This document shows positions 56,363-64,000 of a DNA stretch of 64,000 nucleotides, in pieces; the stretch's first letter is position 1; each line of letters begins with the position of its first letter. Source of the DNA: an uncultured Desulfobacter sp. (GTDB lineage: Bacteria > Desulfobacterota > Desulfobacteria > Desulfobacterales > Desulfobacteraceae). The stretch is from positions 480,001-544,000 of the forward strand of contig OY762069.1 in the NCBI GenBank assembly GCA_963665095.1, in the 5' to 3' direction. A program made the translations under genes and the position numbers. Under the pieces are notes generated by a model, which worked only from the letters and a program-made list of their open reading frames with translations, ran no database searches and was not told the DNA's origin.

Positions 56363-57868
56363 TTATTGGTTTTGGGACGCTTTGGTGGCCTTCGCGTCAT
56401 CCGTCTGCCGGGATGACGGGTTGCAGGGCCAGCCGCCGCCAAGCACTTTATATAAGGTAATCAGATTGGTTACGCAGGAACCCTGGCTTGAGGCCAGTGT
56501 CTTTTTATAGGAGAGCGCTGTCTGCTGGGAGTCCAGAACCGTACTGAAATCCACCAGCCCGGACTGGTATTTCTGCTGGGCCAGCTCCTGGGCAATCTGT
56601 GCCTCTTTGGCTGCCGCTGCCAGATGGGTCCTCCGGTCCTGCTCTCTGACATAGGCTGTCAGGGCATTTTCCACCTCTTCCAACGCAGAAAGAATGGCCT
56701 GTTCATACTGGATCAGGGCCTGCTCCTGCAGGGAACTTTGGATCTTGATGTTTTTACGGATGGCACCGCCGTCAAACAGGCTGTGGGTCAGGCCTGCGGC
56801 AAGAGACCTGGCCCAGTTGGAGGGATCCAGGGCATTGTCAATGAGGTCGGCCGGCGTCAGTGCGTCCACCCCGATGGAGCCGGAAAGGGTCAGCTTGGGA
56901 TACAGCTCGGCTGTGGCCACGCCCACCTGGGCGGTCTGGGCAATAAGGTCATATTCTGCCTCCCGGATATCAGGCCGCCTGCGCAGGGCATCTGCGGGCA
57001 GGCCCACGGCAATGGTATCTGGCAATTCCGGCAATGGGGCCGGCGTTACCAGCAGCGTATGCAAAGAACCCGGTGTCTTCCCGGACAGTACCGCCACCCG
57101 GTTCATGGCCTGATTCAGGGTGTCTTCAAGGGCAGGGATCTGGGCCCGGGCATTTTCAAGGCTGTACCGGGCCTGGTGAACATCGAGTTCATCCGTAAGC
57201 CCTGCCTTTAACTGCCACTGGGTCAGCTGGAAAGATTCAGTCTGAAAGGCAAGGCTCTGTTTCACTACGTCCAGCTGTATCTGGGCGGTGCGCACATCAA
57301 TATAACTTTCAGCAAGATCAGATACCAGGGAAACCAGTGTGTCCCGCAGTGCCTCGTGTTTGGCAGACAGACTTGCATCGGCCGCTTCAATGGATCGTTT
57401 GACCCGGCCAAACAGATCCAGTTCCCAGCCGGCACTGAGCCCGGCACTGTATGATGTGCCCGCCGTGCCGGTGCCGTTTTCATTGCTGGTGCCGCTCCAT
57501 GAGGATTTGGCCGAGGCATCCAGGGTGGGCAGCCGGTCGGTTTCTTCAATGCCTTTGAGCAGGCGGTACTGGCGGATCCGTTCCAGGGCCAGGCGGACAT
57601 CCAGATTGTTTTTAACGGCGTTGCGGATCAAGTCGGTAAGTACCGGGTCGTTCAGCACCGTCCACCACCGGGAAAGCTGCTGGATATCTGCGGGATCTTT
57701 TGCCAGTCCCTTTTGCAAAGGCGCCTGCCATCCCTCTTTGGGGAACAGGTCCGGCTGTTTATAATCAGGGCCTACTGCCCTGCACCCGGCAAGGGGCAAA
57801 AGGAAGATAAAGATCAAACCAAAAACCAGCCAGGGGATGGTCAACAGGTCAAAAGAGTGTTTTTGCAT
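56363..57868 (-). CDS. NodT/OprM-family outer membrane efflux lipoprotein
   Basis: LAGC lipobox, VGPDY, WELDLFG, RRRPDIREAE, LYKVLGGGW. Confidence 0.93.
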   Translation of the reverse strand: MQKHSFDLLTIPWLVFGLIFIFLLPLAGCRAVGPDYKQPDLFPKEGWQAPLQKGLAKDPADIQQLSRWWTVLNDPVLTDLIRNAVKNNLDVRLALERIRQYRLLKGIEETDRLPTLDASAKSSWSGTSNENGTGTAGTSYSAGLSAGWELDLFGRVKRSIEAADASLSAKHEALRDTLVSLVSDLAESYIDVRTAQIQLDVVKQSLAFQTESFQLTQWQLKAGLTDELDVHQARYSLENARAQIPALEDTLNQAMNRVAVLSGKTPGSLHTLLVTPAPLPELPDTIAVGLPADALRRRPDIREAEYDLIAQTAQVGVATAELYPKLTLSGSIGVDALTPADLIDNALDPSNWARSLAAGLTHSLFDGGAIRKNIKIQSSLQEQALIQYEQAILSALEEVENALTAYVREQDRRTHLAAAAKEAQIAQELAQQKYQSGLVDFSTVLDSQQTALSYKKTLASSQGSCVTNLITLYKVLGGGWPCNPSSRQTDDAKATKASQNQ

Positions 57869-57963
57869 GAACTTTAATCCTTGTTCATCGAAAACGGCCG
57901 AAATTAAAGGGGGGTGTAACAGATGCGGCCCGGCCGCGGTCGCTTCTGGTAAAAAGCGTGGTC

Positions 57964-58048
57964 AGTGTAATGGAGGCTTGTGTCTGCGTCAATAAATTTT
58001 TACCCGGAAAAGGCCCTGTATTTGTTTTTCATCAGACAAAGTCAGACA
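57964..58048 (-). promoter_or_regulatory. Sigma-70 promoter of the efflux operon with an upstream direct repeat
   Basis: TTGACG-N17-TACACT (57964-57992); TCAGACA twice at 58032 and 58042. Confidence 0.55.
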
Positions 58049-58160
58049 GGAAGGGCATCTATGGAGAATGGGCCTGAAGGCTTTTCCTGTTTTTAACTTG
58101 CGGTTTGTTACGGTCTGCTGATATTTTAAGGGCACTATCACAGTAAAAGGAGATCATATT

Positions 58161-58934
58161 ATGGTGAAAAGATGGATGCTGATAACAGCAGTTTTATGCG
58201 TGGTGATGACTGTTTTACCCGGCACGGCCGGAGCCATTGGCATTGAAGCGGCCATTGGCGGGTGGTACCAGATGCCTTCCGGTAGTCTTGGATACAAAGC
58301 TCTGGACAGCGGAGATATCCTTGATCTGGAAGATGATCTGAATTATGGAGATGAGAGCCGGGTCTCGGCACGGGTGAACATAGACATGCCACTGTTTTTC
58401 CCCAATATATACCTGATGTTCACCCCCATGGAGTTCAGTGATACCGGCCGCAACATCGGGGGGTTTACCTTTGGAGATATCACCTTTGATCCAGGTCCCT
58501 TTTATTCAAAAACAACCCTGAACAATTACGATATCGGGTTGTACTATGGAATACCCATTTTAAAAACAGCCACTTTCAAAAAGCTCAACATTGATGTGGG
58601 GCTTAACATTCGTCTTGTTGATTTTGACGTGAGTATTCAGCAGGAATTAAGCGGCCTTAATGAATCGGGAAGCGGGGTATTGCCGGTCCCCATGCTTTTT
58701 GTTGCCGTACAGTTCACGCCCGTCAAAAAGCTCTCATTTCAGGCGGAGGGCCGGGCAATATCAATCTCCGGCAATGATCTTTACAGTCTTATCGGCCGGG
58801 TGAAGGTCAATCTAATTGGACCGTTGTTTGCCGCAGGCGGGTACCGGTATGAAAAATTAAACATCGATGAAGAGGATGTGGACGTCGAAGTTGATGTCCG
58901 CGGTCCATTCCTGGAAATCGGCTGTTCTTTCTAA
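58161..58934 (+). CDS. Outer membrane beta-barrel protein (TIGR04219-like)
   Basis: Signal peptide, PNIYL, PVPML, GGYRY, terminal Phe. Confidence 0.75.
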   Translation: MVKRWMLITAVLCVVMTVLPGTAGAIGIEAAIGGWYQMPSGSLGYKALDSGDILDLEDDLNYGDESRVSARVNIDMPLFFPNIYLMFTPMEFSDTGRNIGGFTFGDITFDPGPFYSKTTLNNYDIGLYYGIPILKTATFKKLNIDVGLNIRLVDFDVSIQQELSGLNESGSGVLPVPMLFVAVQFTPVKKLSFQAEGRAISISGNDLYSLIGRVKVNLIGPLFAAGGYRYEKLNIDEEDVDVEVDVRGPFLEIGCSF

Positions 58935-58942
58935 ATATACCA

Positions 58943-61075
58943 CTATTTACTCATCTGGGTCCAGAGGCCGTCCTTTATATAACCACAGGAACCAGTCTCA
59001 ATAATCTGCCGGCAGGCAGCCACATACTTAAGTGCGGCAGGATCATGGTCCAGCTGTTCGAAAAAGGAGAGGGCTTTTTGAACCTCCATGGCGGCAAAGG
59101 CGGCCCGTCCCTGTTCAAACAGTGCCAGTTCTCTGTGAGGCGGTTCAAAAACATCCCGGATCAGGGGCTCATACACCCGGACCGGCTGGTTTTTGCCGAT
59201 GACCAGGATGTCGGCAATGGCCCTTGCCGGGATATCATCCCGGATATTACGCCATGTGGCTTCCGATATCATGGTGTAGGTGCCAAACATTTTGTTGATT
59301 CCTTCAAGCCTTGCCGCCAGATTCACGGCATCTCCGAGCATGGTATAGTCAAACCGGCGGGTGGACCCGAAGTTTCCCACCACGGCAGGACCGGTATTCA
59401 TACCAATGCGCATGAGAAGGTCATGACCTGTCTGTTCTTTAAAAATCGGTCTGTTCTGCGCCAGTACCTCCTGGCACCTGATGGCGGCCCTGACGCCGCG
59501 CAGGGCATGATCCTCAAAACTGATGGGCGCGTTCCAGAAGGCGATGATGGCATCCCCTTCGTATTTATCCACGGTGCCGCCTTCATCCATTATAATATCG
59601 GTCATCAGGCTGAGGTAATCATTGAGCAGCCGGGCCAGTGCCTCGGGTTCGAGACTTTCGGATATGGAGGTAAAACCCTGAAGGTCTGAAAAAAAAATGG
59701 TGAGCTCTTTTCGTATGCCCCCAAGCTGAAGGCTTTCAGGGTGACTGATCAGCTCTTCAATCACCGAAGGGCTCAGGTAATGGTTGAATGAATGCTTGAT
59801 AAACCGGCGCTGCTTTCCTTCAGAATAGAAATTGACCAGAATGGACAGAAAGGCGCCGCTTCCAAGGGCGAACTGCATGGCCAGCACATTGATGAGAACG
59901 CCTGCCTTGTAAGCCGCAGAAAACACGGCTGCCGGGGCAAGGAATGCACACACGAGAATAAATGACGATAAAGGCCCAAAGGGCAGGTGGCGCAGCAGAA
60001 ACACCGTGAAAAACAACATGATAAAAAGGAAGGGCAACTGCACGAAAAAGGGAACCGGGTATAAAAAATCCCCGGAAAGAAAATTATCCAGCAGGGTGGC
60101 ATGAAACTCCACCCCGGGGGTCTTGCTGCCCACAGGGGTCGGGTGCAGATCCAGAAGACCGGGGGCGGAAAAGCCGTAAAATACATAAGTCCCTTTTAGA
60201 TCCGGAATGGTGTCAGGCGGATTTTCTCCCTGGGCATGGAGCAAGGCATCCTGGATCAGTGCCCCACAGCTGATGGCTTCATAGACACTTCCGGTTTTGC
60301 CTCTGAAGCGTGGAATCAGCCGTCCGTTTTGATCCAGGGGGAATGTATTTTGTTCAACCTCCAGACAATGCCCTTTGACCGTCATTTTGTCCTGTCCCCG
60401 GGAGAACAGGAATACCCCGAGGGAGAGGGTGGGCAGAACTGTTTCGTCAAAAAACGACACAGGAATAACACGGCGGTTGATGCCGTCCGGGTCCGGTTCC
60501 TGCCGTACATTGCACAGAATTTTTGCACTGTTGCCAATGTCCGTCGTGGGCATGACAGCATGGGTAAAGGTGGGAAAAGCAGAAAAAGAAGCGGGACGTT
60601 TCAGTGAAAATGACGGCTTTCTGATCTCATCCGGCCATGTAAGGTGTGATCCGCTGGCATTTCCTGTGGCAATGGATCCAAGAACCACATTCTGGCTGCT
60701 TTCCAGAGCCTTGCCAAGTTTTCGGTCATCATCCACACCAAAGGCAGACGGCTCTGTAAACAATACATCCACCCCGATGACTGCTGCCTCATGCCTGTTG
60801 ATGGCAGACAGAACCGCACCATGCAGCTCCCGGGGCCAGGGCCAGCTGATACCAAGATTCTCATGCACCCAGTCCAGGCTGTTCTGATCCAGCAGCACCA
60901 GCTTGATTTTGTCAGTGCTGCCGGACGGTGCGGCAAAAAACAGAGAGGCAATATCCCGTGCCTTGTTTTCCCACCTGTCAAGTGCACCCATGCCGTGGAG
61001 AAATACTGTGATCAGGACAACAATGACGCTTAGCCATAAAGAGAAAATGATTTTCTTTCTGTACGGGTGGCTCAT
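58943..61075 (-). CDS. CHASE2-domain class III adenylate cyclase
   Basis: WPWPR, IGVDVLF, DPDGINRR, TPVG...GVEFHA; catalytic FSDLQGFT, DKYEGD, TMLGDAVNLAARLE. Confidence 0.93.
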   Translation of the reverse strand: MSHPYRKKIIFSLWLSVIVVLITVFLHGMGALDRWENKARDIASLFFAAPSGSTDKIKLVLLDQNSLDWVHENLGISWPWPRELHGAVLSAINRHEAAVIGVDVLFTEPSAFGVDDDRKLGKALESSQNVVLGSIATGNASGSHLTWPDEIRKPSFSLKRPASFSAFPTFTHAVMPTTDIGNSAKILCNVRQEPDPDGINRRVIPVSFFDETVLPTLSLGVFLFSRGQDKMTVKGHCLEVEQNTFPLDQNGRLIPRFRGKTGSVYEAISCGALIQDALLHAQGENPPDTIPDLKGTYVFYGFSAPGLLDLHPTPVGSKTPGVEFHATLLDNFLSGDFLYPVPFFVQLPFLFIMLFFTVFLLRHLPFGPLSSFILVCAFLAPAAVFSAAYKAGVLINVLAMQFALGSGAFLSILVNFYSEGKQRRFIKHSFNHYLSPSVIEELISHPESLQLGGIRKELTIFFSDLQGFTSISESLEPEALARLLNDYLSLMTDIIMDEGGTVDKYEGDAIIAFWNAPISFEDHALRGVRAAIRCQEVLAQNRPIFKEQTGHDLLMRIGMNTGPAVVGNFGSTRRFDYTMLGDAVNLAARLEGINKMFGTYTMISEATWRNIRDDIPARAIADILVIGKNQPVRVYEPLIRDVFEPPHRELALFEQGRAAFAAMEVQKALSFFEQLDHDPAALKYVAACRQIIETGSCGYIKDGLWTQMSK

Positions 61076-61998
61076 ACTCCTCTGGTCCGGCTGGTAAAGC
61101 GCTGGGTCCGTACCTTTGATTGATAGGCCGAATCCAAGGCCCCGTCATTTTTTTTCATCAGTTTGGCTATCCGCTTTTCAGGCGTGGGATGGGTGGCAAA
61201 AAAATCGTGCCGTCCGGCAACCAGCCTGGCCTTCATTTCGCGAAGCATGGCAGGCAGGCCTGCTGAATAATATCCAGTCTTTTTAAGGATGGCCACTGCT
61301 CCCTGATCCGCATCATATTCCTGGGACTTGGAATAGCCGGAGTTCACCATTGTGGAGAGAATATCATCAATACTATCTTCAAACAGTGTGTTTAACTGCT
61401 GTATATCCTGTGACCCGAACTGTTTTCCCCCTTCAACAGCGGTGATGGTGAGAAAATCGGTCACCCTGCTGGCTTTTATTGCATTCAGCCCGTGTTTGAA
61501 CTGGACATGGGCAATCTCATGGGCAAGTACGGCGGCTAGCATCTCTTCATCACGGCAGCAGTGAATAAGGCCCCGGGTAACGAATATCAGGCCGCTTGGT
61601 GTGGCAAAGGCATTAATTTCCTTGGAATCGAGGATCAGAAAATGGTATCCGTCATAGAGTACCGGCATTTCTGAGAACTGGGCCAGGTTCTGTCCCATCA
61701 GATTCAGATAGGTATTGGCCTTGTTATTCCAATAGGGCGGATATTTTTGCAGAATGACTGCCCCGATGGTCCTGCCGATATAATAGGCCTGCTCCGGTGT
61801 AATGTCTTCCACCACTTTTGATCCGGCTTTCACTATTTTTTTACCGGACTCAAAAAGGCTCTTTGCCTGATCAGGGGTCAGTGATTTCAGGTCGGTGACA
61901 CAGCCCTGATTCAATCCGGAAAAAGCGGTCAGACCCACGGCAGACAAACCAAGCCGGGAAAGAAAGCAAAGCATTTCACGACGATTGAGATCTTTCAT
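61072..61998 (-). CDS. M48-family metalloprotease, predicted Tat-exported lipoprotein
   Basis: LNRREMLCFL, QGC lipobox, INAFATP, HEIAH, QEYDAD, THP. Confidence 0.9.
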   Translation of the reverse strand: MKDLNRREMLCFLSRLGLSAVGLTAFSGLNQGCVTDLKSLTPDQAKSLFESGKKIVKAGSKVVEDITPEQAYYIGRTIGAVILQKYPPYWNNKANTYLNLMGQNLAQFSEMPVLYDGYHFLILDSKEINAFATPSGLIFVTRGLIHCCRDEEMLAAVLAHEIAHVQFKHGLNAIKASRVTDFLTITAVEGGKQFGSQDIQQLNTLFEDSIDDILSTMVNSGYSKSQEYDADQGAVAILKKTGYYSAGLPAMLREMKARLVAGRHDFFATHPTPEKRIAKLMKKNDGALDSAYQSKVRTQRFTSRTRGV

Positions 61999-62414
61999 GA
62001 TTTTCCTCCTGCCGGGTTAAGTTTTCCTTCCTGGAGGAATTTGCTCAGTCCCGCTGCGGTCATTTTTATGGTTTCAGCTTTGTCCACGGCAGCAAATCCC
62101 TTGCTGCCGTGCTTGGTTCTGTATTTTTTTTCCACCTCTTTATTAAACCCCTTACCGGCCAGAGTAATTTCATCATCACTCACCTGGGCCTTGGCTTGTG
62201 CCGCCTTGGGATCAAGGTAGATGGCGCGCACCGAAAGGGCAGACTGATGCACCCAGCCTGTTTTGCTGTTATAAGAAATATTCATCCAGCTGTCTTTGGT
62301 TTTAATCAGTGTCACCTTCTTTGTATAAGCGAGCTTGAAAAGGATTTTTCCAAGAAAAGAAGGTGTTGAACGAATGTCTGCTGATTTAACCTGAATGTAT
62401 CTGAATTCACTCAT
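61995..62414 (-). CDS. Bacterial SH3-domain protein
   Basis: ADIRSTPS...WMNI...KTGWVHQSAL; GAGG RBS before ATG 62414. Confidence 0.75.
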   Translation of the reverse strand: MSEFRYIQVKSADIRSTPSFLGKILFKLAYTKKVTLIKTKDSWMNISYNSKTGWVHQSALSVRAIYLDPKAAQAKAQVSDDEITLAGKGFNKEVEKKYRTKHGSKGFAAVDKAETIKMTAAGLSKFLQEGKLNPAGGKS

Positions 62415-62659
62415 GAAAGCCCTCATTTTGTATGGCAGTTAACAGTCAGTTCAACATGATTTGTCGGGAATTAATTGAGTATGGCATAACACAACATGAA
62501 GCTCAAGTAAGATCAGAAATTCTTAATTTGATGAGGGGTGATGAATCGGTTTATAATATTCCGGTTAAACATGACGCCGGGCTGGTAATATCATTATTGC
62601 TCGTGTTCTTCTTGATATCAGGATGTGGATAAAGCACCGGCTAAGAGGTCGGTCTCGGG

Positions 62660-63195
62660 TTATACCATTCGTTTCAATTTCTGGGCCGCTTCATTCAGGG
62701 TTTCCACGCCTGTTTTGACCTGGCTGATTCCCGTGGCAGCTTCGCTGGCCCCCTGGTTTAATGTCCCCATGGCGTCAATGACCTGTTTTACAGCAATGGC
62801 CTGCTGCTGCACGTTTGACGAGATCTGTTTGGCGCTTTCAGTGGCTTCGCCTATTGCCAGGCTCAAGTTTTGAAATGTTTCAGACGTGGTTAGGGCAAGT
62901 TGTGAGCTTCGCTCAACATTCTTTGTCCCTTCTTCCGTGGCCATGACCGTGGCGTTGGTTACTTTTTGGATTTCCGCCACCAGGGTGCTGATCCGTTGGG
63001 CAGACCGTTTGCTTTCATCGGCAAGCTTTCTGATTTCCACGGATAACACGGAAAATCCTTTACCGTGTTATCCGGCGCGCACCGCTTCCACGGCTGCGTT
63101 CATGGCCAGCATTTTAGTTTCATTGGCAAAATCAGACACAAGGTTGGTAATATCTCCGATTTCTCCGGTCTGTTCTGATAAATACTGAATATGAC
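62660..63195 (-). pseudogene. Methyl-accepting chemotaxis protein, 5'-truncated with a nonsense codon
   Basis: LSEQTGEIGDIT...MLAMNAAVEAVRAG*HGKGFSV...EIRKLADES; TAA at 63068-63070. Confidence 0.88.
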
Positions 63196-63220
63196 TACTG
63201 TTCAGATCTGTGGGATCGCC

Positions 63221-64000
63221 TTAATGGGATTCTGGCACCGGTGTTCTGCGTTCATTGTCGATCTGCAAAGTTAAAGAGGCGGTCAGCTTCATCTGCAGAT
63301 ATGTGTCTTTATCCTGTTCAGGGGCATCTGTTTTTATGGAATAACGGATAAACCATCTGCCCGGATTGGGAAGCAGGATGGAAACTTTCGAGCCTGTGAC
63401 TTCCGTGTGCGGATAGAAATTGTCTTCAGCCAGGGTGGAAAAGCCCATGTAAGTGGCATCCCAAGTGCCTTTGCCTGTATATGGCTCGCCGTTCAGGTAT
63501 ACGTTGAGTTCCAGGGTCTCCCCGGGTTTCAGGTCAAAGAGATTTCCCGTGGGAACCAGCTCTAAAGGCAGGCCTAAGTTGGCGGGAAACGCGCCTGCGG
63601 GTGTACCGCATTTCACATAGGTTTTGGCATATTGTTTGGAATAATAGCTGTTAATCACCTTGCCCAGCCGGTTTTTGATCTGGGCGATGGACTTGATGGC
63701 ATGCCGCTCTTTGCCGTCTTTATCTGTGAAAAATGTGTAATAGCCGGGGGTGGTTTCTGCGGTGAGCCCCCAGATACCGGGTGTGCTGTATTCCACCATG
63801 TGTGAGTGCAGGCCCTTGCCGTCCATGATCTCAACGGTCTGGGCCCGGCCGTCAGGGGCGATGACCTGGACCTGGTTCAGTTTCTTGCCCCGGATGCCGT
63901 CTGCCACCGGAACAAAGTGGCCGTAACAGAAGAAAAAGGGAATGGCTCTCCCTTCATCGGCCAGAAACCGGGTGGGCTGGATGAAAAGGGTGTGGCAAAA
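63221..64000 (-). CDS. DUF4198-like periplasmic protein (5' end outside window)
   Basis: HTLFI...YGH, KQYAKTYV, GLPLELVP, PGRWFI; frame open to window edge. Confidence 0.75.
   Translation of the reverse strand, partial: FCHTLFIQPTRFLADEGRAIPFFFCYGHFVPVADGIRGKKLNQVQVIAPDGRAQTVEIMDGKGLHSHMVEYSTPGIWGLTAETTPGYYTFFTDKDGKERHAIKSIAQIKNRLGKVINSYYSKQYAKTYVKCGTPAGAFPANLGLPLELVPTGNLFDLKPGETLELNVYLNGEPYTGKGTWDATYMGFSTLAEDNFYPHTEVTGSKVSILLPNPGRWFIRYSIKTDAPEQDKDTYLQMKLTASLTLQIDNERRTPVPESH

Noticed and set aside
62432..62632. 66-aa ORF ending in a lipoprotein-signal-like LISGCG
   Set aside because: The signal-like stretch is at the C-terminus and is followed by a stop; at most a remnant

Overview
Chromosomal window from a Desulfobacter-like sulfate reducer (Desulfobacteraceae; the 16S contains GATAATCTGCCTTCAAGCCTGG, which I recognise as a Desulfobacter-group signature). 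1-20.7 kb holds livHMGF, trkAH, a sigma-54 module (PAS enhancer-binding protein, NifX-like, cytidylate-kinase-like/BON, SLC13 permease), a hexapeptide-repeat protein, a U32 protein, a cupin, a solute symporter, a Nif11-like gene and three Ser/Thr-rich orphans with sigma-54 or sigma-28 promoters. 20.8-45 kb is core: ldcA-like, a serine hydrolase, mreBCD-mrdA-rodA, atpF'FHAGDC, a half-length glmU, zapB-zapA-6S RNA-rny-tyrS and an rrn operon (16S, tRNA-Ile, tRNA-Ala, 23S, 5S). 45-64 kb is accessory: tandem 5S-derived repeats, nested IS remnants (IS66, a TG-ended element, IS21) around one intact IS3-family element, an NlpC/P60-like orphan, two MCP pseudogene remnants, an unannotated 47-aa gene, a MacAB-TolC-type exporter, a TIGR04219-like barrel, an SH3/M48/CHASE2-cyclase operon and a DUF4198-like gene. 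Best candidates for something new: (1) a promoter-RNA-terminator cassette inside the IS3 element; (2) the 158-bp-period 5S-derived array; (3) dispersed putative flagellar-export substrates, including a Cys-His amidase-like protein; (4) the 47-aa CX8C microprotein. All family calls come from motif recognition by eye; no searches were run.
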